A stretch of DNA of 55,953 nt, filler included, from Jimgerdemannia flammicorona (lineage: Eukaryota): NCBI GenBank assembly GCA_003990765.1. It is 3 parts of 3 records of this genome, joined end to end, with 100 filler letters (N's around TTAATTAATTAA, not from the genome) between each part and the next. Parts side by side here need not be neighbours in the genome. Positions count along the whole stretch, not along the records: positions 18,688 to 37,272 come from RBNJ01002171.1; positions 37,373 to 55,953 come from RBNJ01002172.1; 1 more part is not named here. The stretch is one strand, 5' to 3'. The notes under the pieces were generated by a model. It worked only from the letters and a program-made list of their open reading frames with translations, had not been told where the DNA came from and did no database searches. Position 1 is the first letter of the stretch; each line of letters starts with the position of its first letter. Position numbers and translations under genes: made by a program. Of the stretch, positions 25,170-38,775 are shown piece by piece.

Positions 25170-26570
25170 ATGCTCAAGGCCCAGAATCCCAACGTTCCCA
25201 CAACCTCTAGCAAGAAGGCCACCACTTTGCTCTCCGAGCTGAAGGTCAAGGATTCCAAGAAGGCCAAGGTCGTTCCTGAACAATCCAAGCAGGAGGAGCC
25301 CAAGATCGAAGAAATGCTCACCCGCAAGAAGATTCATCTGGTCGCCGAAGACCTCGCCCGTAGCAATGCCGACGAAGAGGAGCCCATTCTCAAGCCCAAC
25401 CCCAAGCGATTCGTACTCTTCCCCATCAAGTACAACGAGGTACGTGTTTAACACGCTTTTACACGTGTTTATGTACCGAAACATGGTCAATTGGGATACC
25501 AGGTATCACCTTGAACATTTTTATGCCGCGATTCCACGACATTCCACGCTCATTAGCCCCTATGTCTACGCTGATATCTAGGTTTGGCAGTTCTACAAAA
25601 AGGCCGAAGCGTCCTTCTGGACCGCTGAAGAGGTCGACCTTTCTAAGGATCAGAATGACTGGGACAACAAATTGACGGAAGACGAGCGCTACTTCGTTTC
25701 CCACGTTCTCGCCTTCTTCTCCTCTTCGGATGGTATTGTCAACGAGAACCTCGTCGAACGCTTCAGCAATGACGTTCAGATTCCCGAGGCGCGGTGCTTC
25801 TATGGGTTCCAGATTATGATTGAAAACATCCATTCCGAGATGTACTCACTACTCATTGACACTTACGTCAAGGAACCTGCGCAGAGGGAGTACCTGTTTG
25901 ATGCTATTGAAACGAGTAAGCATTTTTTTTTTCCCGACCGTTTATCATTCTTCGTGATGTATCTCACCTCCAACTTTCAAACATCAAATCTATTTTAGTT
26001 CCTTGCATTAGAAAGAAGGCTGAGTGGGCCTTCCGCTGGATTTCCAGTGGCAAGTCTTTTGCCGAGCGTCTGGTCGCCTTCGCAGCCGTCGAGGGCATCT
26101 TCTTCTCCGGGTCCTTCGCCTCTATCTTCTGGCTTAAGAAGCGCGGTCTCATGCCAGGACTCACCTTCTCGAACGAGCTCATCTCGCGCGATGAAGGTTT
26201 GCATTGCGACTTTGCTTGCCTACTTTTCTCTCTGCTCAAGAATCGGCCTTCCAACGCCACCGTCACGCGCATCATTACCGAGGCCGTCACCATCGAGAAG
26301 GAATTCACTACCGAGGCCCTCCCCGTTGGTCTCATCGGCATGAACGCCATCCTAATGTGCCAGTACATCGAGTTCGTCGCTGACCGCTTGCTTGTCTCCC
26401 TCGGCGTGCCCAAAAGCTATCATGCCGAGAACCCGTTTGATTTCATGGACCTAATCTCCCTCCAGGGTAAGACCAACTTTTTCGAGAAGCGCGTCTCCGA
26501 CTATCAGCGCGCAGGTGTCATGAACAAAGATCCTGCTGAGAAGGGATTCACTCTCGAGGCCGACTTCTAG
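25170..26570 (+). CDS. RNR2: Ribonucleoside-diphosphate reductase small subunit (class Ia R2), 3 exons
   Basis: [70 protein letters not shown]-terminal FTLEADF. Exons 25170-25439, 25582-25914, 25999-26570. Confidence 0.97.
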
Positions 26571-29028
26571 GCGGCATAGCTTAATGTTCTGAATCTGTCG
26601 CTGTATTTTTTTGTTTGTTTGTCTGTTTTGCTTATTATTGTAGATTATTAGTATATACTACTTGACAGTGAAGCTAGAAAGATCGTTTGAAAACAATGAA
26701 TTTCTTTGTTCTCAAGTAACCTTTCTGCCTCACTTTTGCACTTGCATTGTTAGTATTATTTCTTCTCGTTGTACATAAATATCTTTTCAAAATTATCTGA
26801 CGTCTCCAGTTACCTCAAAGGCGTGAGCTTCCATGGTGTACTTTGTGGTTTGTGTAACTAATAAACCTGTCACTTTTCCTCGTCATGAAGGGTAAATCCT
26901 CCGATTCCTACCACCAGTTAACACTAACTCGATTTGACGTTTTGGAAAAGACAATTTGGTTCTTAAATGCATCACAGATTTGACGAGCTCCACCGGGGAG
27001 AAACTGGAGACATCGCTTGAATATCAACGTGGAGAGTTTTATTTCCTGAAGATATTAATTCCTGCTTACAAAGGTAGCACGCAAACACGCATAAAGAGAT
27101 CTAATAATGTCAACACTCAAGCATACTGTTCTACAATGGGTGTCGGAGCTGGCATAGTTTGAGAATCTTATCTTAGGTAAAAAATATACAAATCACATAT
27201 ACATAATGAGCATAAAAATCTTCAATCGTATTTATATCTATGCGTGTGGATAATCTTTTTGATTTGTCTGTTTTGTCTGTGCAAAAGCACCGAACTGTTT
27301 ATGTATTGATCGGAATGTTCATGCATTGATCGGAGATACCAGCATCAACTTTAAATATGTTACCTACTTCGACATTTGTTTCTGTCTGGTGATATGGCTA
27401 CCGTCGCTCCAGTTTGCTGTCGGATCCGATACGTCATTCGGATCGAGGGAGGGATTGCCCTGGCATGGCACAATTTGGTGGCATCGAGATAACATTTCCG
27501 CAATCGATACATAACATACCATACCCTTGCAATACGGACAGTAGAACCCTTCTCCCTTGTTTCAGTTCTTATCCCAATTGCATACCGGATTCTGACAATG
27601 TAACGCGCGGTCCAGTCTCATCTCTGTCTCGCATCGCGGGCACTTCTCTTTTCGTGGTGGAGGCTTTGTCATGGCTGTAATGAATGTGGTGATATGCCAG
27701 AGTTTTTCTGAATCACGGTTCCTATCAAGTGTTTCATCAGAGCGGGCACTTTATAAACATTAGCGTCGGTATTGATGGTCATGTTAGAGAGAAAAAAAAA
27801 ACGTTTTTAATATTTCTGGGCCAGATTCGTAGCGATCAGACAACCAACCAAAAGATAAAGGTGAGAAACTCGGGAGATCTTACGATATATCTTGCTACCC
27901 ATGTTAATTTCGGGGGTGCGAGGGTTTTTCACTGGAGGGCCGATCGTTCCCGCGCAAAAACAATATTCATCACGTCGTGCCTCGTGCGATGGTAAGCCAA
28001 ATTAAGCTTCAAAGCCACAAATAGAACGATGTCTCATCCCAATATTCCGACGCCAGTGTACAATCAAATACGGACCCACCGTCCTTCTAGTCCTTCTACT
28101 GATCCGATGATAGCACAGAATCCACCTTGATGATGGTCCACGCAAGGACAATGAATCTTCCTTATTCGAATCTCCCGGCCAGCTGCGAGTTGCGAGCGAA
28201 GCGAAAAGAGAAATGACATTTGTCAAAAAAAAAAAAATTTATTCCCATTCCTGCCGCGATACGATAGCTCAATTGGTCGTAACAAACTATGATTATGCAA
28301 AAAAAATCCGAGCCTCTTCGAGAAAGAGAACCTCTTTAAATCAGAATCGTGCCAATATTGATGATGAAGGTGATGCCAAACCCGAACCTGCATAATCCGA
28401 AAGCGCAACTGTTTGCTGTACACGGGGAAGCGTAAGAACGTCGATAGATATGAGGGGATGAAACATACTGAGACCGGAGTCCGGAGTCACGATGATAGCA
28501 AGCAATTCTGTCCTAAATATGAACCAAGATTTTTACATTTATTCAAACGTAGCCGAAGTGGTTAATGAAAGGAAGTAATCGCGATTCTGAAACAACAAAC
28601 GCGAACCACGTACTCGAAAATATATCACGTGATGATGACGTTTAGCATTACCTTTTGATGCTTGTTGAGAAATGGAATCGTTGCGAGAGATGCCAAACAA
28701 CCCATGAAACCCAGACTACGTTGAAGGCGTACCATGACCCTAGCCGGCCCTCCTGTAACTTTTAGGTCATTGAGTAGGCCAGCGTCAATGCCTAAAGCAT
28801 CGAAGAGGTCATGACAAAAGCGCCGTTCGGCGCACTTGACCACTGCCTACAATTTTAATAATGTCGCCATAATTAGATTACTGTGGTTGACAAAGTATAG
28901 AACTCGTAGATGATGACGCAACCTATTCTCCAAGTGGCTTTCAATAATTGGTTGGACTGCAAATCATTTTAAAAAGTGTTGTGCCCGCCCTCTCTCTCTC
29001 GCCAACCCAAGCACTTGCCAACCTCACA

Positions 29029-31633
29029 ATGCGCTTCACTCGGCGCAACTTTGCACTACTAGTGTTAGGTACGCACTTCTTTGCCAATTCGCATGTGATA
29101 AACGTTACCACTCTGCCTCTGACCGCAGTTGAAACCGAACTCCTTTTCTCTGACATAGTGCTCCTCGCCTGCGTCCTCACGGCAGCCCAGGTGGAGGAGC
29201 CCGTTGGTGAATTACACAGGACAACGGATAAAGTCGTAGAGGAACAGGTAGATCTTTTTGTAACACTCTGACAATCTGAACTCAAGACTCAACATGTCAC
29301 ATGAATTCGAAGGCGCCCAGAGCTTACCTACGATCTCGTTCAAGTGTACGATACTCAAAACTTATCATTGTTTGGGTACCTTGTGATAGATCAGTGAATC
29401 GTCAGAGACACCGTCATCCGAAGATTCAAGTACAACTAGTCAGGAATCGGATTTATCCAAGCACGAGCGAGGTAAAGCAAATGCGAATTTCAGGTTGAAA
29501 TCGTATCTTCGAAACGCGTCGCCAAATTCGTTCTCAAAAGCTTGATTTATATACAGGCACGCAGCTTTACGAGTCCGCCCTCCTGTTACTTTCCGCACTG
29601 CAACCCCCAACAACTGCGCCTTCCTCCCGGCCACGTCGTCGCCATTCATCCTCCGACGAGCCAGGAATCTTGACCCTTACACTCCAGCTCATTACGCATT
29701 CTATACTCTCCTTGTTCCATGACGTGCCCGTAACCGACAACACGAAAGATGAGGCGCCTCTTGGGCGTGCAGTATCTGACTCAAATACAATGGACAGCCG
29801 GCTGGTACAGGCCGTGGAGATGCTGGAAAAGGCAGGTTATGATTATGAGAACAATGATGCTTTGTTCATTCTCGGCGAAATGAATTTCGTGAGTATTATA
29901 AATCATTGACAATTTTGGATGGATGCATGAGAAGTAGGAGATTGTTGAACAAAGAACAAATTTGGAGGTGCGTCATTGGTAATCGCTGTTTACTCTTCGT
30001 TCCTCTTTTCAAATCGCCCAATATAGCACTCTCGCTACACACACCCACGCAATTACACGGCCGCTCTATCCTATTACACTCATCTTGCTGCTCGCACTGG
30101 CAACGCGACCGCACAACAAAATCTGGGCTTTTTATACGCAACCGGATTAGGCGGGGCTGTCCCACAGCGGGATCAAGGCAAGGCCTTGCTTTATCACACT
30201 TTTGCCGCGCTGGGTCGAGATACAGCCGCGGAAATGACATTGGGTTACCGTTATCTGACGGGCATTGGGACGCCGCAAAAGTGTGAGGATGCGTTGTATT
30301 ATTATAAGAAAGTGGCGGACAAGGGTGGGTATTAATTCTTTTCTGTCTTAGTAACGTCTTTGGAACATCTTGATCCGGTAGCGATTGTGTAAAACGAAAT
30401 GCGGATTATTCGGGGTGTCTTGGAAAGGGGATGGAACAGTGTAAAAACCTGTTGATACGCAGATTTGGCGAAAATCCAGATGTCACGCTACGTAAGCTCA
30501 CGCTTGTTTTCTCTCATGCAGCCATAGCACACTATCTTTCAGGGCCCCCTGGCGGTCGTTCACCGCCCCTCTCCAAGGTTCGCCTGGCTGACGAGGACGG
30601 TGGCGTGTACGGCTCTGGCGCAAGCTCCACCACTGACGGCGGTTATCGCAGCCATGGTGATAGTACTGGAAATCTGGACGATGTGCTCGATTATTATAAG
30701 TACATCGCACGGACCAAGAGCGAATATTCTGCACAGGTGAGTACTATATGAAGATTTAATGGCATCGTATGTCATGACTTCCGTACGCCCAAGTTTTAAT
30801 TGATCAAACCCCGATGCCAACAATACTGAAAAAATTTATCTTTCGCTACTCAAAGCTCATCCTAGGCCAGCTATACTATCAGGGCACCCGTGCCATTCCT
30901 CAGGATTTTGAGCTTGCCTTTCACTTCCTAAAGCAAGTGGCCGACCAATTCTTCCCCACTACACCCTCGAGCCCGGGCTCCGGGATTGGTCTTTTCAGCA
31001 ACGCTGCCACTGGCGCCACCACCTCGAATAATAATGCTGCACAAGCCGCCGGGCAGGCTGCAGGCCTGCTAGGAAAAATGTATCGGCGCGGCGAGTATGT
31101 GAAACAAGATAATCGTACGGCTTTGAAGTGGTTCGTGAGAGGCGCGGAACTCGAAAATCCGACCGCGTTGAACGGGTTAGGAAGCATGTATTTAGAGGGG
31201 GTAGTGGTGCAGCAAGATCATGAAAAGGCGATGTCCTACTTCCAGAAGGCGGCTGAGCAAGATAATGAAGATGCGCAGGTCAATCTTGCGATACAGTATC
31301 TCCGTATGTTGCAACATATATTTCTTCTACCTCATTTTTGCACCTTATTTTGGCTCGTTATTTATCGGTACTCCATTATATATCTAAAATATTCAATCGT
31401 GCAGCCCAGAAGCAAACCATCCCGTTCGCGTTACATTACTTCTCGCTTGCTTCCCGATCGAAGCATTTGCTGGCGTACTACTACCTTGCCCAGATGCATG
31501 AGCTTGGGTCCGGAACTTCTGCGTCATGCCAAATGGCTGTGGCTGTGAGTCTATTTTTTGATATTACGATGTCCGTCCTTGTTTGGCCGAGGGGAGCCGC
31601 AATCATGGGATTGACTGACTGGGGTATTCAGAG

Positions 31634-31665
<32 letters not shown>

Positions 31666-32916
31666 ACTCGTATTATGTTGCTTCATTGACAGTTCTACAA
31701 GATGGTTGCGGAACGTGGTGATTGGCTGCACAGCCCCTTTGAGAAGGCATACCAAGCCTATTTAAAGGGTGACGAAGAGACCGCTCTGCTCAACTATATG
31801 CTCGCCGCTGAGCGCGGCTACGAGGTGGCACAGTCAAATGTGGCGTGGATGTTAGATACAGGTACGTGCAATATTTGAGACTTAACAGATATCGTCTCAT
31901 TAAATTTATGGACGCGCCTGGCTGAAATCTGCATATTGCTGTAATAATTCCGTTTTACAGATAAACACTTCCTCGAAGTCCCCAGCGCACTCAAACCCGT
32001 CTCCTCGGAGCGTGATCCTGTATGGGATGAGTTAGCTCTAATCTATTGGACTCGTGCTGCCAACCAACACAATATCGACGCCCGAGTAAAGATGGGAGAC
32101 TACTACTATCGTGGATTGGGCACCGCTGTCGACCACGAGAAGGCGGCAGCGTGCTACCAAGTTGCCGCCGATATCGACTATTCGCCCCTGGCGATGTGGA
32201 ACCTCGGCTGGATGCATGAGAACGGGATTGGTGTCGCTCGTGACTTCCACCTGGCCAAGCGATGGTACGACAGTTCCCTCGCCGCGAATCCCGACGCATA
32301 CTTACCGGTCACCTTGTCCCTTATCAAGCTTAACGCGCTGTATCTATGGAACTGGGTTATGGGCCATGATGTTGGCGACGCTGCTGCTGGGAATTTTTTC
32401 GAAGGCACCACACCAGTGAAGGGTTCGCGTGGGCCGGCGCTTGGTGCCTCGGGACAGGAAAGTGATGAGGTTGGGAAAACGACACCGGCAGGAGCGAGAC
32501 GAAAGGATGGTAGCGGAGGAACGACAGATTCGCAAAAACCGGAGTGGGATATTGGACGAGATGGCGAGCGCATTACAAACAAGTACAAAAAAGATCAGTG
32601 GCATCGACGCCTGGAAGGTGGAGAGGAGTATGACGACGAAGTGCTAGCTGCTGCCGCGGCGGCAGCACAGGAAGAGTACGCGGATGAAGAGGAGGGCGAA
32701 CTGATCGAGAGCTTGATGATACTGGGATTGTGCGTACTCGTTGGGTGGCTTGTTTACGTGAGGCAGTTCCGATTCGGCAATGGACAAGGCCAAGGACAAG
32801 GCAACAACAATAACAATAACAATGCAAATCAACAGGAGGGTGTGGCTGAAGGCCCTGGTGCGCAGGGTGATGAAGATTTCAGACGATGGGGATGGGCGGC
32901 GGGTGGGGGACATTAA
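29029..32916 (+). CDS. HRD3: ERAD component Hrd3/SEL1L (Sel1-repeat membrane protein), multi-exon
   Basis: Signal peptide [23 protein letters not shown]; several Sel1 repeats; [61 protein letters not shown]-terminal [21 protein letters not shown]. Confidence 0.92.
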
Positions 32917-34087
32917 TGAATGGATTGGATTCCTTGGAAGCATGGGCTTTAGCCGATTGGTGTAGAACAGAACGTTGATTGTTTGATAGTTAGAGGCACT
33001 TTGGTGCTGATTTACTAATTCTGATTGAAGTTATAACCCACGTCCATTGTATTCATGTAGCATATTTTGTCATTCTATCGTTTTGATCGCTCTCTGTGTT
33101 TTGGAAGGGCAAAAAAAAAAAAAAAAAGAAAGAAAAGAAAGAAAAGAAAAAATAGAATTGGAACTAAGTTGCTTTCGAATCCCACGCTTACACGTATTGT
33201 GGATGCGACCATTATAACACGGGCCCTACGAAATGACGATACCCACATGTATTCATCATGAGATGCCGGAGTTGGAGGCCTGATCATGTGAGACGGCATC
33301 ACCCAGGATCAGCGTACATCGGAGGGAGTCCTCCGTGATACCGGCATGGAAGACCGCTGGAGGGACAATTCTGTTGCCAGGCTTGCAGTAGAGGGGTGGG
33401 AAGACCACATGTGATAGCTCTGATTGACACATATACACTTTGGAATGTGGGGTAAGCTGTACAAGAGAGAATTCTCAAGCGGAGAAATCCAGAAAGTACG
33501 AGCCTAATGGGAGCAACTGATGTCATCCTCAGTTGTTTGCGGTCAGGGGTGCCACAACTGGGCTGGGAATTTATAGGGATCGTCACGCAGTAGGGGTTAG
33601 AGCAGATGGGTACACCCGATTCCTCGGCTCATGTGATATAGTTCACCCTTCATTCCCAAAGCGGTAAGCTAAAAATTCTTCATGAGAGTTTATTGTATTG
33701 CGCAGGAGTATTAGCAAAGCGGCTGTGGATGGCAGAGAGACTTCAAAACAAAGGGGGCGATGAAGAAGATTGTACCCTTGTCGAGAAACGAACACCGTGG
33801 CTACTCTCGATCACATCGCCTTTTCTGGCAGGGCTACACAGACTGGTCCCGTCACACAGAGGGATGGGGGTATGCATTTGGCTGGAACGGGTTGGAAGGA
33901 CAGTGCTTGTTCCCACTTCATTTGGTAGGTTTGGTTTCCCCACCTTGAACCCCTGCCCCCAAAAAGAGCCATAAAGGTAACAGGGACGATGTTTATTTCC
34001 TCTGAATCTCCGATATATAACGCAGGCTATCAGAGGCGATTCTTCTGAACTGAACAACACACTACTACCATAATTACGTTCCGTAAC

Positions 34088-35370
34088 ATGACACGTTTTG
34101 AAGGTTACTTCTACATCAAATCCATTGCAAACGGCTACGTCATCACCCAGGACCCTAGCAACCTCGACCCACCAGCCAAGCTCATCACTTGCCAGCAGAC
34201 ATTCGAATCCCCAGCCTGCCACTTGCAGCTTTGGCGGTGGGATGGCGACTTCTTGGTTAACAAGGCTACAGAGTATGTGATTGATATCTACAAAGGTACG
34301 TAAAAGTATTCTTTCCCATCAAAGGAATGTTTTCTCGGTTCTAAGTTGTACTGCCTTCAATGTTCTGTGCTATTAGGCCGCCTTCGTGTGATCGAGGATA
34401 CCGAGCTTGTCGCGTGTTTCCGCAAAGGAGAAAACGCCAACAATCAACGATGGGGCGTCGAAGCGGCACGAGATCAACGGAATCGTCCGGAAGAAGGGTC
34501 GTACCTCTACCTGCTTGCCAATTCGGACTGGGTAATCGACGTGAAAGAGACAGGCACCGATGAGGGCGCCAAGGTGATTGCCTACCAAAGGAAGCCGTTC
34601 GACAATGACAACCAGAAGTGGGAATTCGAGCCGGCAGAGCCCGAGTACCCCGTCGGGAGCATGTCACCTGTTAACAGGCTCAGTGGCGAGTTCGACGAAA
34701 GTTATGCTGGGTGGAGTGATGCGATTGATCGAGTCGTGCTCACGGATGACAAGATGGAGGAAATCAGAAGCAAGCGACGGAGTAATACGTCGAATGGGAG
34801 TGTGTCCTCTATCATGGGAGGGCAGGGGATGCCAACCATGGAATTCATTAAGGAAGCATACCAACGTGCTTATCTAGATCACACACCACATCTGAGGTAA
34901 GCCTAAAGTTTATTCTATCCCGGGGATTCAAAAATTAGAATGGGTTTGGGCACGCTAAGGGTCTGGATGACATTGACTCAAGGTGTTCACGAGTTTTGCT
35001 GACATACCAGTTTTTTTTTTTTTTGTGGACTGTTGTATTGTAGCAATAGGCTAATTGCCGCCGCCGCCGCATACCACGCGTTGCAAACTTGGACCTTGCA
35101 ACTGGTGGAGGAGATAAGGGTGCACCCTGATCCTGTTCATGCCAAAAAAGAGCTAGCGGAAATTGCGGCAGTGGAGGTAAAAAAATACATTCCGAATCTT
35201 CATCATTAAAATTACATACAATTGACATTTTATGCCTTACGTTCTCTCAGGCCGCCCGCGTTTACGAATTGTCTGATCAACTTGGCACTCATCTGGAAAA
35301 GGCGCAAGCCATGGCAGGGGCTATCGTACATAAATTGTACGAACAACAGACAGGGTCAGTGTCACAGTGA
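34088..35370 (+). CDS. Ricin B-type lectin (QxW repeats) fused to a CipC/DUF3759-like C-terminal domain, 4 exons
   Basis: YFYIKS..NGYVI, QLWRWD, NQRWG, WVIDVK..NQKWEF; spliced C-terminus HL|SNRLIAAAAAYHALQTW..HAKKELAEIAAVE|AARVYE..QTGSVSQ*. No signal peptide. Confidence 0.78.
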
Positions 35371-35855
35371 TTGAAGTATAGTTGTCGGATTGCAACTGGA
35401 GGGGTGATGACCTCTTATCACCCCCAAAAAAAAAAAAAAAAACACTACGCGCACATACATACCATGATTTTGTGCTTTAGTTTGGAGCAATCTGCTCTTA
35501 AGTATGATACAGCTCCAGTCAGGGCATCCTTTCTGGCAGATTCTCTATTCGTATTTTGTTTTTATGGTCATTAACTTTCTTGCTTTCTTTCCTTCCCCCA
35601 ATTTTCATTTCATGTAATTATTTATGAAGATATTGTGTCTTCCAAATTCCTTTTTATGCCCATCTTTGAACTTTCCATGTGACTCTGGCGTTTTTTGTTT
35701 TTTGTTTTGTTTTTTGTTTTTGTTTTTGTTTTTTTATTTTGTTTTTTGTTTTCCCTCAATGGTGTAATCACGCTCACCATCCTGTACAGTTGCTCAAATG
35801 TTTGAATGTACAAATATATCTCTTGTGGATCCAGTCACATCGTATCACGTGAGCA

Positions 35856-37146
35856 ATGCGAAGAACAACAACGACATTGATATCACTGCGCCGCTTGAAT
35901 ATCCGCCCAACAATGGAACTTTCCTCTTCCTCTCCTGCTGGGTTCATCGTCACGAACTCGACAGACTCAGAAATTGCTTCGACGGTTCCAGCATGCTGTC
36001 ATTCCGAGCGTCAGGGGGTTGAGGTGTGTTAGATTGTAGACTTACTGGTTGCCATCCGCATACATGTACTTTTGAAACGCTGACCACTGCGTCAAATAAA
36101 TATAGTTGAAAATCCTTGAGGAAGAGACACCTACGCCGTCAAACACCGACCAACAACCCTCACCGACTAAAAGGCGGAAGACAGATAAATTCGAAAAGAA
36201 ATCTAAACTTCCGAAACAGAAGGGACGACCTGATTTGACCGAAGTGGACGATGTGAAGGATGCGATATATGTTTTTGAGAACGGTACGTTGCGTACAATC
36301 AGTATAATTTAGTGTTTGTGACGGACCGTTGATCTAATGGTCGTCAATATCAAGGCCTTCGAAGGGTCCTACCGTATTTTTACAAATACCAGACCTTTGC
36401 AAAAGGACGGTGGTTGAAACGAAGTATCTTGGAAGTTTTCAGCACGGAATTTCGGGATCGCTCCAGGGATTATTACGTACGAACAAGCTACTCTCAATCG
36501 GTCCATTCTTTGAACTGTAATTGGCCCCCAAGAAGTGCCCGCATACAATGATATTAATACGAACTGTTGGACCCTGTAGGAATATGCCATCACTAAAGGA
36601 TTGATTACGATCAACGATCGGAAAGTACCCACCGACACGCTAATCCGCAATCAAGACGTTATCGCGCACAACATTCACCGACACGAGCCACCAGTTACAG
36701 GGCACCCGATACGGATAGTTTCAAAGGAGGAGGAAGTTGTGGTAATCGATAAGCCAGGAAGTGTGCCGGTGCGTATTAGGCATTTGTCGCCTTGACGGGA
36801 AACCAGTCGGAATCTAATTTTGTTTTTCAACCCCAGGTTCACCCAAGCGGCAGGTACCGTCACAATACAGTTCTGCACATCCTCCAAAAGGAACATGGTT
36901 TGCCAAAACTATATCGTAGGTTTCATATCCCATCTTTGGCATGAGAAATTTGTTGCATAATCATCTTGCCCTAATTTTCTGACCATCGTCCATTTGCTTT
37001 CAGCTGTGAATCGCCTGGACCGCCTGACGTCCGGGTTGATGCTCCTGGCACTCAACTCCAATAAGGCGCAACAATTCGAGCAACAGATGAAGGGTCGCAA
37101 TATCCGGAAAGAATATGTGTGCCGCGTTCTCGGCGAATTCCCAGAG
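35856..37146 (+). CDS. PUS9: RluA-family tRNA pseudouridine-32 synthase (Pus9/Rib2/RPUSD2-like), 3'-truncated by a gap
   Basis: GLRRVLPYF..TFAKGRW, EFRDR, HRHEPPV, IDKPGSVP|VHPSGRYRHNT, catalytic VNRLDRLTSG, KEYVCRVLGEFP across GT-AG exons. Confidence 0.88.
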
Positions 37147-37272
37147 TACGTCTGCTTTCTTTTCATCCCCTCCCTCCCCCACTCCCAGGCATGTCCCCCT
37201 TATCATGGACTGCTGTAGATGATCATTTTATCTATCTATCCCCCCAACCCCTTCCCCCCAAGGGAAAAAAAA

Positions 37273-37372
37273 NNNNNNNNNNNNNNNNNNNNNNNNNNNN
37301 NNNNNNNNNNNNNNNNTTAATTAATTAANNNNNNNNNNNNNNNNNNNNNNNNNNNNNNNNNNNNNNNNNNNN
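37273..37372. other. Assembly gap with artificial TTAATTAATTAA spacer
   Basis: 100-nt N run with the same linker as the first gap. Confidence 0.97.
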
Positions 37373-38775
37373 CCCATCCCGACATCACCCGAAAAGCAGT
37401 CACCTATGCCAGAACCGCGCTCGCCGGGAAGCTCGCCAAAGCCAGAGGGCCCCACCACAGGCACCGAGGACCTGCAGGTAACCTACACTGAGCACTTGAC
37501 GCCCAAGGTCGGCCGACTCCCTACGTAGCCCGAGACACACCGAGACAGCACCTTGTTGACGACGGCAAAAGGAAGAAGGCGCCGCACCAAAACGGATGCA
37601 CTCCAGACGCAGCCGAAGACACCAGAAACCGCGAAAAAGTGGAGAAGACACCGATCGGACACCGATAAAGAGGCAACTCATCACCATTGCCCTCCTCCCA
37701 CCATGCCCATGCAGGCACAGCAAACCAACCCGAGGTAGAGGGGGTAATAATAAGGGAAAGGGGACTCGGAAGGTTGCCTACCAAACCTTGTGACCGGTAA
37801 GGTAGCGGAGAAAGGAGCCTGCCGCTCCAGCTATGCCTGTCGAACACCGGCTATGTCGACCCCAATGACATAGACTAGACTTGTCTGCTCACCAGGGCTG
37901 GATCATCATCTACACGTGAGAGCACACCTATGCGTCAGATCTAGCAGTACCGGGACTGAATAAAGAATAGCCCCCCGAACCCCAAAAGAAAGCCCAAGGC
38001 AAAGAAAAAACCCCCCAACCAACCAACAGGGAACAAAGTAGATTCAAAGCGGGTGAGTAAAGGACTTATACGTAGCACCTTCCTCAAAGGACTTATATAT
38101 GGGCTAGGGACTGAAAAGACCCCACTCCCACTCCCCGAGCCTGCGGGCCTCGATCACGTTGCCGTGTCAGCTCCCGGTTCCAGTCAGGTACTGCCAAATA
38201 AGGAAGGTCTCACTCCCCAAGCCTGCGGGCCTCGATCGCGTTGCCGCGTCAGCTCCCGGTTCCAGTTGGGTACAGCCAGGATGCCGGCCCCTGCACCACC
38301 CCACCCTCCACCAGCCAATCAAAAGGCCCCACTGAAATATTGTCCGCCCTAGCCCCGATAACCGCCCCCAGTCTGGCACCCCACTGGTTCACCGTAATCA
38401 CCCTTCCTCCTATCTGTGACGGCCATCTCCCCTCCCAACCCGACATCACCCGAAAAGCAGTCACCTACGCCAGAACCACGCTCGCCGGGAAGCTCGCCAA
38501 AGCCAGAGGGCCCCACCACAGGCACCGAGGACCTGCAGGTAACCTACACTGAACACTTGACGCCCAAGGTCGGCCGACTCCCTACGTAGCCCGAGACACA
38601 CCGAGACAGCACCTTGTTGGCGACGGCAAAAGGAAGAAGGCGCCACACCAAAACGGATGCACTCCAGATGCAGCCGAAGATACCAGAAACCACGAAAAAG
38701 TGGAGAAGACACCGATTGGACACCGATAAAGGGGCAACTCATCACCATTGCCCTCCTCCCACCATGCCCATGCAG
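37373..38775. repeat. Direct tandem repeat, period 1061 bp (one full unit 37715-38775 plus a partial copy 37373-37714)
   Basis: 37373-37714 matches 38434-38775 with ~11 substitutions. The unit contains an internal 68-nt repeat (38129-38196, 38211-38278) and a duplicated aaaggacttata. Confidence 0.9.

Noticed and set aside
26950..28850. Short ORFs between RNR2 and HRD3
   Set aside because: No recognisable motifs or consistent splice structure.
33260..33420. GC-rich hairpins suggesting an HDV-like ribozyme or RNase P/MRP RNA
   Set aside because: P3/L3 and the catalytic junction do not fit the HDV consensus, and no RNase P/MRP conserved boxes were seen.
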